64,000 nt of DNA, from positions 61,817-125,816 of the forward strand of contig JAFRMR010000007.1 of NCBI GenBank assembly GCA_017430535.1. The letters are read 5' to 3'. Both the position numbers and the translations under genes were made by a program. The stretch is from Clostridia bacterium (GTDB lineage: Bacteria > Bacillota > Clostridia > Oscillospirales > Acutalibacteraceae). A model generated the notes under the pieces. That model worked only from the letters and a program-made list of their open reading frames with translations. It did not search any database and was not told the DNA's origin. This document shows positions 25,129 through 33,559 of this stretch, piece by piece; positions within the stretch are counted from its first letter, which is position 1, and each line of letters starts with the position of its first letter.

Positions 25129-25578
25129 ATGAAAAAACAGCGCCACGATGCCATACTCCGCCTCATCTCTTCGGAATGTATATCCACCCAGGGCGAATTG
25201 CTTGATAAACTCAATGCAGAGGGCTTCAATGCTACCCAGGCCACGGTTTCAAGGGATATAAGGGATTTGCGCATAATCAAAAAGCCGGATGATTACGGCA
25301 GGGTTTGCTATGCCGTTGATAAAGAATCCGGCAGCGAAATAATCGGCAAATATAAAAGCGTATTTATGCACAGTGTTGTCTCGGCGGATTATGCCGGCAA
25401 TATTGTGGCGGTTAAGTGCTATACCGGTATGGCTTCAGCCGCCTGCGCCGCTCTTGATTCAATGAATATTGAAAATGTTCTCGGTACGCTTGCAGGGGAT
25501 GATACTATTTTTATGCTCTGCCGCAATCAGGAAGCCGCAGCAAAAGTCAAAGAGATGATAGAAAACGTAATCGCATAA
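25129..25578 (+). CDS. argR: arginine repressor
   Basis: MKKQRHDAILRLISSECISTQGEL winged-helix N terminus. C-terminal GTLAGDDTIF arginine-binding motif. The ATG at 25129 is chosen for its 8-nt spacing from the AAAGGA RBS. Confidence 0.9.
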   Translation: MKKQRHDAILRLISSECISTQGELLDKLNAEGFNATQATVSRDIRDLRIIKKPDDYGRVCYAVDKESGSEIIGKYKSVFMHSVVSADYAGNIVAVKCYTGMASAACAALDSMNIENVLGTLAGDDTIFMLCRNQEAAAKVKEMIENVIA

Positions 25579-25594
25579 TTCAGAGGAAATCGCT

Positions 25595-27265
25595 ATGCTG
25601 CTTAATCTTAAAATAGAAAATATAGCGGTAATTGAAAGCGCCGGGCTTGAATTCGGTAAAGGGCTGAATGTTCTTACCGGTGAAACCGGTGCCGGTAAGT
25701 CTATTGTGATTGACTCGGTAAACGCAGTTCTGGGCGAAAGAACCTCCCGTGAGCTTATAAGGGACGGGAGTGACAGCGCAAAGGTTTCCGCAGTTTTTAC
25801 GGATATCGGCAAAGAAACCGAAGAAACTCTTGATTCTTTCGGTATTGAAACCACCGGTGACGGCACAATGACAGTCAGCAGGTCCATTACTTCAGGCGGA
25901 AAAAACACCTGCCTTGTCAACGGCTGGCCCGTTACCGTAACTCAGCTCAGAGCCATTGGTAACACGCTTATAAATATCCACGGTCAGCACGACGGTCAGG
26001 CTCTCCTGAATCCCGAAAAGCACTGCGGATATATTGATGCCCTCGCCGGCAATGAAGAGCTTCTTGCTGAGTATAAAGACGCTTTTCATAAGCTGATAGC
26101 AACAAAAAAAGAGCTTGACGCTCTATATGATAAAAGGGATGAGAATCTATCCCGTATAGATTATCTTGATTATGTAATCAAAGAGCTTGAAGATGCCGGC
26201 ATAAAAGAAGGCGAAACCGAGCAGCTCAATAAAGAAAAGAAATTGCTTGAAAACAGCGTAAATGTAAAAAAACTCCTTGAAAAGGCATATCAGTCCCTGG
26301 GCGGTGACGGCGGATTGAGCGAATCTCTTTCCGAATGCGCCGCGCAGGTTGAAAAAGCCGCAGAGTTTTATGATGAAGCCGCCGGCCCCGCAAAGCAGAT
26401 AAGAGGGCTCTCCTTTGAGCTGTCGGATGCTACCGCCGTGCTTCGCAATCTTTCCGAGGGCTTTACCTATTCTCCTTCAAGGATATCGGAAATTGACAGC
26501 CGTCTTGATGAAATATACCGTCTTTCAATGAAATACGGCAAAACGGAAGCCGATATGCTGGCAACTCTCTCAAATGCAATAGATGAAAAGTCGAAAGCAG
26601 TATCATCCGATGAAAGAATATCCGTTCTTGAGGATGAACTGTATAAGCATTCCGATAAGGTTAAAAAACTTGCGTCAAAGCTTTCAGAAACAAGGCGAAA
26701 AAACGCTTTGATTTTCGAAAAGAAAGTCAGCGAGGAGCTGAAATTTCTTGATATGCCCCATGTCCGCTTCAAGGCGGAGATTAAAGAAACCCCAATGTCT
26801 TCAAAAGGGGCCGAAACCATAGAATTCCTTATCAGCACCAATCCCGGGCAGGAGCCGAGAGCTATAGCCAAGACCGCATCCGGCGGCGAGCTTTCAAGAA
26901 TAATGCTCGCCATTAAAAATGTTCTTTCTTCATCGGATACCGTCGGCACTCTGATTTTTGATGAAATTGATGCAGGCGTCAGCGGTTCTGCGGCGGAAAA
27001 AATTGCACTTAAACTTCAGCAGGTTGCAGAGGGTAAACAGGTTATCTGCGTTACCCATCTTGCCCGCATTGCCGCCCAGGCGGATATTCATTTCAAGATT
27101 GAAAAGGTATTCAGAAACGGCGGCACATATACCTCAGTGGTCCCTCTTGATTTTGAGGGCAGGGCCGCTGAAATTGCAAGGATAACCGCCGGCACCGGAA
27201 TTACTGAGCTTCAGCTTGATACGGCAAAAGAAATGCTTGAAAACGCAAAGGGGAATAAGATATGA
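25595..27265 (+). CDS. recN: DNA repair protein RecN
   Basis: Walker A GETGAGKSI, coiled-coil middle, signature ASGGELSRIMLA, Walker B LIFDEID. Confidence 0.96.
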   Translation: MLLNLKIENIAVIESAGLEFGKGLNVLTGETGAGKSIVIDSVNAVLGERTSRELIRDGSDSAKVSAVFTDIGKETEETLDSFGIETTGDGTMTVSRSITSGGKNTCLVNGWPVTVTQLRAIGNTLINIHGQHDGQALLNPEKHCGYIDALAGNEELLAEYKDAFHKLIATKKELDALYDKRDENLSRIDYLDYVIKELEDAGIKEGETEQLNKEKKLLENSVNVKKLLEKAYQSLGGDGGLSESLSECAAQVEKAAEFYDEAAGPAKQIRGLSFELSDATAVLRNLSEGFTYSPSRISEIDSRLDEIYRLSMKYGKTEADMLATLSNAIDEKSKAVSSDERISVLEDELYKHSDKVKKLASKLSETRRKNALIFEKKVSEELKFLDMPHVRFKAEIKETPMSSKGAETIEFLISTNPGQEPRAIAKTASGGELSRIMLAIKNVLSSSDTVGTLIFDEIDAGVSGSAAEKIALKLQQVAEGKQVICVTHLARIAAQADIHFKIEKVFRNGGTYTSVVPLDFEGRAAEIARITAGTGITELQLDTAKEMLENAKGNKI

Positions 27266-28035
27266 AAATAGGAGCTTGTATAAGCGGTTCTTATGAACGG
27301 CTGCTTATTGCCAAAGAGGCAGGTTATGATTACGCCGAAAGCCATTGCCAGGAAATTGTGAAAATGGCTGAAGAAGATTTTGAAAAATTCTGTTCTGCCG
27401 GGTTTCCCGTGCTTGCAGCCAACTGCTTTATAGGCATGAAGATTGTGGGCCCCGAAAAGAACTACGGCGAAATATCCGCCTATCTTGATATCCTGTTTGA
27501 AAGGTCCGTAAAACTCGGAATGAAAATTCTTGTTTTCGGTTCATCGGGAGCAAGGAGAATGGAGCAGGGGATGACTCTGCAGCAGACCCGCGAAGAGATA
27601 GTATATTTCCTTAAAGAGTATGTTGCTCCCAGAGCTGAAAAAACAGGCATAACCGTTGTGATTGAGCCCCTTCGCCCCGAAGAGTGCAATGTGGTTAATA
27701 CCATCGCTCAGGCTGTTGAAATTGCCGAAAAAGTCAATTCTCCTTATATTAAAGTTCTAGCAGATGTTAAGCATATGGTTTGCTCCGGTGATGATTTCTC
27801 AAATATCATAAAGTATAAGGATTGGCTTGCTCACGCCCACACCTCAAACCCCTATCCCGCGCCGGAGCTTGAAAAAAAGCGCACCTATCCCGCTGAAGGG
27901 GACAGCTTCAATCAGGATGATTTTATCCTTCCTCTCATTGAAGCCGGGGTAGAAACCTGCTCCATTGAGGCGGATGTGATTGACTACAAATCCGATTGTG
28001 AAAAATCAATTGAAGTCCTTAAAAAATACAGATAA
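27262..28035 (+). CDS. xylose isomerase-like TIM-barrel protein (sugar phosphate isomerase/epimerase family)
   Basis: Pattern of metal ligands VIEPL, DVKHM, HAHTS, SIEAD typical of the AP_endonuc_2 / sugar phosphate isomerase fold. ATGA overlap with the recN stop. Confidence 0.65.
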   Translation: MKIGACISGSYERLLIAKEAGYDYAESHCQEIVKMAEEDFEKFCSAGFPVLAANCFIGMKIVGPEKNYGEISAYLDILFERSVKLGMKILVFGSSGARRMEQGMTLQQTREEIVYFLKEYVAPRAEKTGITVVIEPLRPEECNVVNTIAQAVEIAEKVNSPYIKVLADVKHMVCSGDDFSNIIKYKDWLAHAHTSNPYPAPELEKKRTYPAEGDSFNQDDFILPLIEAGVETCSIEADVIDYKSDCEKSIEVLKKYR

Positions 28036-28075
28036 AAAAAGCGGGTCTGCAAAAGCAGACCCGTTAAATTTTGTT
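28034..28075. terminator. bidirectional terminator
   Basis: CGGGTCTGC-aaaa-GCAGACCCG flanked by an A-run and a T-rich run, between convergent genes. Confidence 0.85.
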
Positions 28076-29478
28076 TAAAAATCAAAGTATTTCTTTCTGT
28101 GATTATCTACTCTGCCGGCAATCAATGCAAGCACCTTAAGGGCTTCTTCTTTTTCTTCGGCAGTTCCCGTGGCGTACTGCTTCATAAGTCTTCCTTCCTC
28201 GCGGCAAATATCATCGTGAAGGGGAAAATAGTACTTCAGCAGGAATGTGCTGTATTTGCACAGGCGTCGGTCACCTACAAGGCGGAAATCCTCGTTAATG
28301 GTGTCAATTGCAACAGAGTAATAGTCTTTTATTGCTTTGATGAGAGAGGTTCTCTCGTTTTCAGCCGAGAATACAAGGGTTGAACAGATAAAGGCGTTTC
28401 TGTTTGAAGGGTTGGAGGAGTGGCTGTCTGTGCTGCCTACTATCGGGTAATTTATGCCTTTTGCTCTGTCTTCATAGTATTTAAGTGTCTGGAAGCCATT
28501 CTGCTCATAGTAATTTTCGCCGCCCAGTACCTCAAAGGCATCAAAGAGTTTTCTTTCGGTAATGTAATCAACAAAAACTTCGGGCACATGGTAAACATCG
28601 CTTATCCATGTGGGGTGGGGGAATATACCCAGACCGCCCGCTTTTCTTATTTCATCATAAACCCACTCAAATACTGCGGCAGGTACTTTATCTATATTGT
28701 CGGGCACCTCAATCTCGGCAGCTCTTTTTCTTATCATATCCCGCCACTTTTCAATGGGCATGAATTCAGGGCAGTTGCCGTCAAGGGATCTGAATTTCGG
28801 ATCGGTGCCTACTTCTTCCGTCTGGGGACCGTCGGTCAGGGCGTTTATTGAGTATGTGCCTCCGAAGTTCACGGTATGGAAGTCGCTTTCCTTTCCGTCA
28901 ACATCCGGCATGTGCACCTCTTCGCCGGGCACAATGGTAAGCCCGTTTGGCACATCTTTATAAAAATCTATGGCTTCAAGTGAGGGGTAGTATCTGTTGT
29001 GGTCTGAAACCACCATAAAATCAAGGCCGTGAGCTCTGTAATTTGCGCATACCACCGCAGGGCTCTGATTGCCGTCGGATCTTATGGTGTGCATGTGGAG
29101 GTCGCCTCTTAAGGGGTACCTTCCCGCCAGGTCTTCATCCACACAGAAAACCGGAAATTGTATTATTCTTCTGCCTTCATCGTTTAAAAATCTCAGGAAA
29201 TACATCTGCTCCGAAGGGAATGTATATTCTATTTCAAAGCCCCCTTCGGCGTTACAAATGGCTTTCATTTCAACAAAGCTTCCGGTTGCAGGGTAGTCAT
29301 AGGGCTTGCCCTGGTCAAGGGCGCAGATAAGGAGCTTATATTCTTTGCCGCTCTCAAAAACAGGCCTTGCGCCCAGGGGACGGATTCTGATGTTTGTCTT
29401 TTTGCCTTTAACAAGCACTTTGGGAAAAACATCATAATTTCTCAGTTCATCCGTAAGAGGAAATCCTTCAAATGCCAT
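28075..29478 (-). CDS. PHP-domain metal-dependent phosphoesterase with N-terminal beta-rich domain
   Basis: PHP motifs GDLHMHTIRSDG, VVSDHN, GEEVH, FPHPTW, GSTDSHS. Confidence 0.7.
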   Translation of the reverse strand: MAFEGFPLTDELRNYDVFPKVLVKGKKTNIRIRPLGARPVFESGKEYKLLICALDQGKPYDYPATGSFVEMKAICNAEGGFEIEYTFPSEQMYFLRFLNDEGRRIIQFPVFCVDEDLAGRYPLRGDLHMHTIRSDGNQSPAVVCANYRAHGLDFMVVSDHNRYYPSLEAIDFYKDVPNGLTIVPGEEVHMPDVDGKESDFHTVNFGGTYSINALTDGPQTEEVGTDPKFRSLDGNCPEFMPIEKWRDMIRKRAAEIEVPDNIDKVPAAVFEWVYDEIRKAGGLGIFPHPTWISDVYHVPEVFVDYITERKLFDAFEVLGGENYYEQNGFQTLKYYEDRAKGINYPIVGSTDSHSSNPSNRNAFICSTLVFSAENERTSLIKAIKDYYSVAIDTINEDFRLVGDRRLCKYSTFLLKYYFPLHDDICREEGRLMKQYATGTAEEKEEALKVLALIAGRVDNHRKKYFDF

Positions 29479-29520
29479 AGCTGTTCTCCTTTATAAATAT
29501 TCCGTACAGGCGGAAATAGT

Positions 29521-30285
29521 TTACACATCAATTGATTTGCGGGCTGTAATCTTAGCCGTTCCCGAGAGTATCGGCTTTTTGTCGGGGCAGATTTCAATGC
29601 CCAGCTCACCGCCGGGCTCTATGAATGTTCTTTTGAAATAACCGCCGTTTAATGATGCAAGATAAACTCCTGCCGCTGTTGTGCCGCTGGCGCAGGAGCT
29701 TTCCCACACAGCGGTACCGGGCACCGTGGTATATACAAGGGGAGTGAGTGATTCACCCTCAATAAACATCATACCAAGGCTGTCAGCATCAAGATTATAG
29801 CAGAGCTCCGGTATTATTTTCTCATATTCATCCCGGTTCCGGACAGGCGGCATGATTATATGAATTATTCCTTCGGAAAAAACCGCAGGTGCTTTGACGG
29901 TTTCGCCCTGATGATTGAATTCAACCTCTTCAATTTTCAACGGTTCCGGCATTTCAATCCGTCCGCTGTATTCTCCAAAGCCGGTTTTCTTTATTTCTGC
30001 CCTCACAGGCTTTTGTGCTCCGCTTACTGTCATTTCAACGGTTGCTTCTTCAAACCCGTTTTCAAGGCAGTATACCGCCGCTGCGGATAAAGTTGCATTT
30101 CCACAGAATTCACCGCCTGCCATACAAAGGCTTTTGCCGCAAATGAATCCCACCTGCTCGGCCTCCGGTTCGGCTTTAATCAGCCGCCGTGCAATATCTC
30201 CTCTGTCCTGCGCACTCACAGGGCTGTCAACCAGCAGTGTAATATTCCCCGTAGGGTTAATGTAATAATATGAAAGTTTCGCCAT
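29521..30285 (-). CDS. diaminopimelate-epimerase-fold (DapF-like) protein, paralog of unknown specificity
   Basis: INPTGNITLLV N terminus and two Cys-containing motifs, EFCGNATLSAA and SCASGTTAAG, at the positions of the DapF catalytic cysteines. The canonical dapF lies at 54924. Confidence 0.6.
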   Translation of the reverse strand: MAKLSYYYINPTGNITLLVDSPVSAQDRGDIARRLIKAEPEAEQVGFICGKSLCMAGGEFCGNATLSAAAVYCLENGFEEATVEMTVSGAQKPVRAEIKKTGFGEYSGRIEMPEPLKIEEVEFNHQGETVKAPAVFSEGIIHIIMPPVRNRDEYEKIIPELCYNLDADSLGMMFIEGESLTPLVYTTVPGTAVWESSCASGTTAAGVYLASLNGGYFKRTFIEPGGELGIEICPDKKPILSGTAKITARKSIDV

Positions 30286-30291
30286 ATTATT

Positions 30292-31302
30292 TTAAATTTT
30301 AAGGGCATCCCTTACTTTGGCGGCACGGGCGGCATCCCTTGCATCTATGGAGCTTATTTCGCCTTCACTAAGGGAAACGGTGGCGGGCTGGATATCGGTG
30401 ATAAGCCCGTTGATTTTTTCAACCGGGATATTGATGATTCCGTTTACGGCACCGAGCCTTACGGAGGAAATAAGGTGCATAAACTCGTTTGTGTTTATAA
30501 GCCGCACATTCTGAAGCACGCCGAGGGCTCTGTAAATTTTATCCTCTGTTGCCGGGTCTTTAAGCTCCCGCTGAGAGGCGGTTCTTTCACGGGCGGCAAT
30601 CTGCATTACAATTGACCTGAGGTTGGATATTGCGGTTTCTTCCGTAATGCCCAGGGTAATCTGATTGCTGACCTGGTAAATATCGCCTGCAGGCTGCCTT
30701 CTGTTTCCGTATGCTCCTGTTATGGATATGCCCAGCTTTGAAACAGTATTTGCAAGGCTGAAAATCTGATTTTCGGCGGCCAGCGCAGGCAGGTGCATCA
30801 GCACGGATGCCCTCATGGCTGTGCCGAGATTTGTGGGCGAAGAGGTAAGGTAGCCGAGTTTTTCATCAAAAGCGTAGGTAAGATTATCACCGAGAACTCT
30901 GTCAATACCGTCAGCCGCCGAATAAACTTCACTTGTGGCAAGGCCGCTTTTCATAACCTGAATTTTGATGTGGTCTTCCTCATTAAGCATTATGCTTACG
31001 CTCTCATCCTCGGATATAATAAGGGCGCTGCCCTCGTTTTCGGAAGCGAATTCAGGGCTGATGAGATGGCGCTCTGCAAGTGAGATTGCCTGAAGGCGGG
31101 ATAAATCCTTCATTTCAATATAGCTGAAGCCTGCGCCGCCTGCGGAAAGTATGGCTTTCTTTACGGCTTCGTTTATTTTGGCTTTTTCATCGGGATTCAG
31201 CCTGCCCGGGAAATTATAATCTGCAATATTTCTTGAAAGGCGGACTCTTGTGGAGATTACAACATCGCTTTCTTCGCCTTTTTTGTAATACCATTTAGCC
31301 AT
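30292..31302 (-). CDS. mcsB: protein arginine kinase
   Basis: ATP:guanido phosphotransferase motifs SRVRLSRNIADYNFP and SSPTNLGTAMRASV. Confidence 0.92.
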   Translation of the reverse strand: MAKWYYKKGEESDVVISTRVRLSRNIADYNFPGRLNPDEKAKINEAVKKAILSAGGAGFSYIEMKDLSRLQAISLAERHLISPEFASENEGSALIISEDESVSIMLNEEDHIKIQVMKSGLATSEVYSAADGIDRVLGDNLTYAFDEKLGYLTSSPTNLGTAMRASVLMHLPALAAENQIFSLANTVSKLGISITGAYGNRRQPAGDIYQVSNQITLGITEETAISNLRSIVMQIAARERTASQRELKDPATEDKIYRALGVLQNVRLINTNEFMHLISSVRLGAVNGIINIPVEKINGLITDIQPATVSLSEGEISSIDARDAARAAKVRDALKI

Positions 31303-31807
31303 TTATTTCACCTTCCAATGCTCTTATTTCATCCCTGAGCTTTGCGGCCTGCTCAAATTCCTGCTTTTCAACCGCCTCGCTCATCTGCTCCTTAAGTTTT
31401 GCGATTTTTTCTTCGGGGGATTCCTCCCGTTCCTTACGGGGAGCGTTTGCGGCGGCTTTGCCGGAATATTTGATTTTGCCGTGAATTCTCTGTATGGAGG
31501 GCTCAAGCCGGTCATAGAAAGTTTTATAGCATTCTGCGCAGCCCACTTTGCCTTCTCTTACAATATCATCAAATGAACAGCCGCATTTTTCGCAGCGCTT
31601 TATATTGCCCAGAGTGTTGGCGGGTATCATATCGCTCAGAAGGCCGCTGAAAAAGCCGGAAATATTGAAGCCGAAGCCGGAAAAAATATCTGTGTAGCCC
31701 AAATGGTTTGCGCAGTCTGAGCAAAGATGGCTCTCAACCATTTCGCCGTTGAGGACCTGCTTGATATGGGTGTTGGCTTCATTTCTGCCGCAATTCTGGC
31801 AAAGCAT
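31295..31807 (-). CDS. mcsA: McsA, activator of protein arginine kinase (Zn-finger + UVR domain)
   Basis: Cys pairs CQNCG...CSDC and CEKCG...CAEC. UVR motif FEQAAKLRDEIRAL. Start set at MLCQNCG (31807) behind an AAAGGA RBS. 8-nt overlap with mcsB. Confidence 0.88.
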   Translation of the reverse strand: MLCQNCGRNEANTHIKQVLNGEMVESHLCSDCANHLGYTDIFSGFGFNISGFFSGLLSDMIPANTLGNIKRCEKCGCSFDDIVREGKVGCAECYKTFYDRLEPSIQRIHGKIKYSGKAAANAPRKEREESPEEKIAKLKEQMSEAVEKQEFEQAAKLRDEIRALEGEING

Positions 31808-31847
31808 AATTGAATCAGTCCTTTCATTATGAAAGTTTAACATTTAT

Positions 31848-31883
31848 ATTATACCACTTTTTTCAGTTTTATCCACTTTTTTC
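31848..31883 (-). promoter_or_regulatory. candidate mcsA promoter with duplicated AAAAAAGTGG motif
   Basis: The minus strand reads AAAAAAGTGGATAAAACTGAAAAAAGTGGTATAAT, which gives an extended -10 TGgTATAAT (hexamer 31848-31853). CCACTTTTTT occurs at 31854-31863 and 31873-31882 on the plus strand. Confidence 0.5.
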
Positions 31884-31961
31884 TTATATTTTATCTTTTA
31901 TTGCATTTCAGGCGTTTTTGTGGTAACATTTTCAGGTAATAAATGGGAAGGAGAATATACT

Positions 31962-33227
31962 ATGACAGCTCCTCTTGCCGACAGATTAAGGCCGAAATCC
32001 ATTGATGAAATGGTGGGGCAGGAGCACCTTATCGCTCCAGGAAAGCCCTTGAGAAATATAATAGAGAGCGGCGAACTGCCCAATATGGTGTTTTACGGCC
32101 CCCCGGGCATAGGCAAAACCACCCTTGCGGGCATTATTGCAAAGCAGACCGACAGGCACCTTGTAAAGCTGAACGGCACAACAGCCGGCACAGCGGATAT
32201 AAAAGAGGTTATTGCAAGCCTTGATACTCTGCTTGCCGCAAACGGCGTGCTGCTCTACCTTGATGAGATTCAGTATTTCAACAAAAAGCAGCAGCAGACC
32301 CTGCTTGAGTATATTGAGAACGGGCGCATTACCCTGATTGCCTCCACCACAGAAAACCCGTATTTCTATGTTTACTCCGCTATTCTCAGCCGTTCAACTG
32401 TTTTTGAATTCAAAAGCATAAGCCCTGCTGAAATTGAAAAAGCGGTTATGCGCGGATTTGACAGAATGGCTGCCGACAGAAACGAGGAATATGAGCTTGA
32501 GGAGGGCGTTGCGGCCCACATATCCACCGCCTGCAACGGTGATGTGCGCAAAGCCCTTAACAGCGTTGAGCTCTGCATCCTCAGCGCGGAAAACAAAAAC
32601 GGCAAAAAGAAAATAACCCTTGAAAACGCCAGAGCTCTTACCCAGAACAGCGCCATGCGCTATGATAAGGATTCCGATGAGCACTATGATATTATTTCAG
32701 CTTATCAGAAATCCATGAGGGGCTCCGATCCTGATGCGGCAATTCATTACCTTGGCAGGTTGCTTGAAGCCGGAGATTTACCCTCCGCCTGCCGCAGGCT
32801 TATGGTATGCGCCTGCGAGGATGTGGGCCTTGCATATCCGCAGATTATTCCCATAGTAAAAGCCGCTGTTGATGCCGCCCAGATGCTGGGCCTGCCCGAG
32901 GCGAGAATCCCACTGGCAGATGCGGTTATACTGGTATGTAACAGCCCGAAATCCAACAGCGCTTACAATGCAATAAATACTGCAATGCAGGATATCAAGG
33001 CTGGCAGAATCGGTCCCGTTCCCCGCCAGTTGCAGAATATGCACTATGACGGCAAGGATAATGAAAACCCGGGGCAGTTTTATAAATACGCCCATGATTT
33101 TCCTGGGCACTGGGTAAACCAGCAGTACCTGCCGGATGCCATAAAAAACCGGAAATATTATGAGTATGGGGATAATAAAATGGAGCAGGCAGCTAAAGAT
33201 TACTGGGACAGTATAAAGAAGACCTGA
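31962..33227 (+). CDS. rarA: replication-associated recombination protein A (AAA+ ATPase)
   Basis: LADRLRPKSIDEMVGQEHL, Walker A GPPGIGKTTLA, Walker B LYLDEIQYFNKKQQ, MgsA C-terminal domain. Start at MTAPL behind a GGAAGGAG RBS. Confidence 0.93.
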   Translation: MTAPLADRLRPKSIDEMVGQEHLIAPGKPLRNIIESGELPNMVFYGPPGIGKTTLAGIIAKQTDRHLVKLNGTTAGTADIKEVIASLDTLLAANGVLLYLDEIQYFNKKQQQTLLEYIENGRITLIASTTENPYFYVYSAILSRSTVFEFKSISPAEIEKAVMRGFDRMAADRNEEYELEEGVAAHISTACNGDVRKALNSVELCILSAENKNGKKKITLENARALTQNSAMRYDKDSDEHYDIISAYQKSMRGSDPDAAIHYLGRLLEAGDLPSACRRLMVCACEDVGLAYPQIIPIVKAAVDAAQMLGLPEARIPLADAVILVCNSPKSNSAYNAINTAMQDIKAGRIGPVPRQLQNMHYDGKDNENPGQFYKYAHDFPGHWVNQQYLPDAIKNRKYYEYGDNKMEQAAKDYWDSIKKT

Positions 33228-33269
33228 GCATTTGAGCGAAAAACAAACAGAAAATGTTTTTAATAGATT

Positions 33270-33301
33270 AAACCCGCAGGTTCATTTAGCCCGCGGGTTT
33301 T
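33270..33301 (+). terminator. rarA intrinsic terminator
   Basis: AAACCCGCAGG-ttcatttag-CCCGCGGGTTT(T). Confidence 0.8.
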
Positions 33302-33350
33302 ATATAATAGAATATGATTGAAAAATCGGATATTACATATTTTCTGTTTT

Positions 33351-33429
33351 CGGTGTTTTTTCGGCTCTGCCGTGCAGCAGCACTGTCTCCCGCCGAAGAA
33401 AACACCGTTTTCATCTCAACTGCTGCGGC
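33351..33429 (+). repeat. copy 2 of ~80-nt conserved hairpin element
   Basis: CGGTGTTTTTTCGGC pairs with GCCGAAGAAAACACCG. Apical hairpin GTGC-agca-GCAC. Followed by TTTTCATCTCAACTGCTG. Confidence 0.8.
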
Positions 33430-33483
33430 CTTATCCCTGCGATTTTAAGCGAAAAACAAACGGACAGGTTAATATGAATTGCA

Positions 33484-33529
33484 AAGCCCGCAGGTTACTG
33501 AAACTTGCGGGCTTGTTTTATTTTTTTTT
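33484..33529 (+). terminator. intrinsic terminator (duplicate of rarA terminator module)
   Basis: AAGCCCGCAGGTT ... AACTTGCGGGCTT followed by GTTTTATTTTTTTTT. Confidence 0.75.
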
Positions 33530-33559
33530 ATAAGGTTGTTTTTTTGTTTGTCCGTTTTT

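Noticed and set aside
31844-31920. CtsR operator upstream of mcsA.
   Set aside because: No tandem (A/G)GTCAAA heptads are present in the promoter region. Only an unrelated AAAAAAGTGG duplication is seen.
33355-33420. Short antisense ORFs starting inside each repeat copy: MKTVFSSAGD..., MKTPFSSAGD... and MKMPLSSAED...
   Set aside because: I considered a conserved micro-protein or type I toxin. No Shine-Dalgarno sequence precedes any of the ATGs. The peptides diverge completely after 10 residues and are not hydrophobic. The substitutions between copies are non-conservative at the protein level (T/M, V/P, F/L) but compensatory at the RNA-stem level. RNA/DNA structure explains the conservation better.
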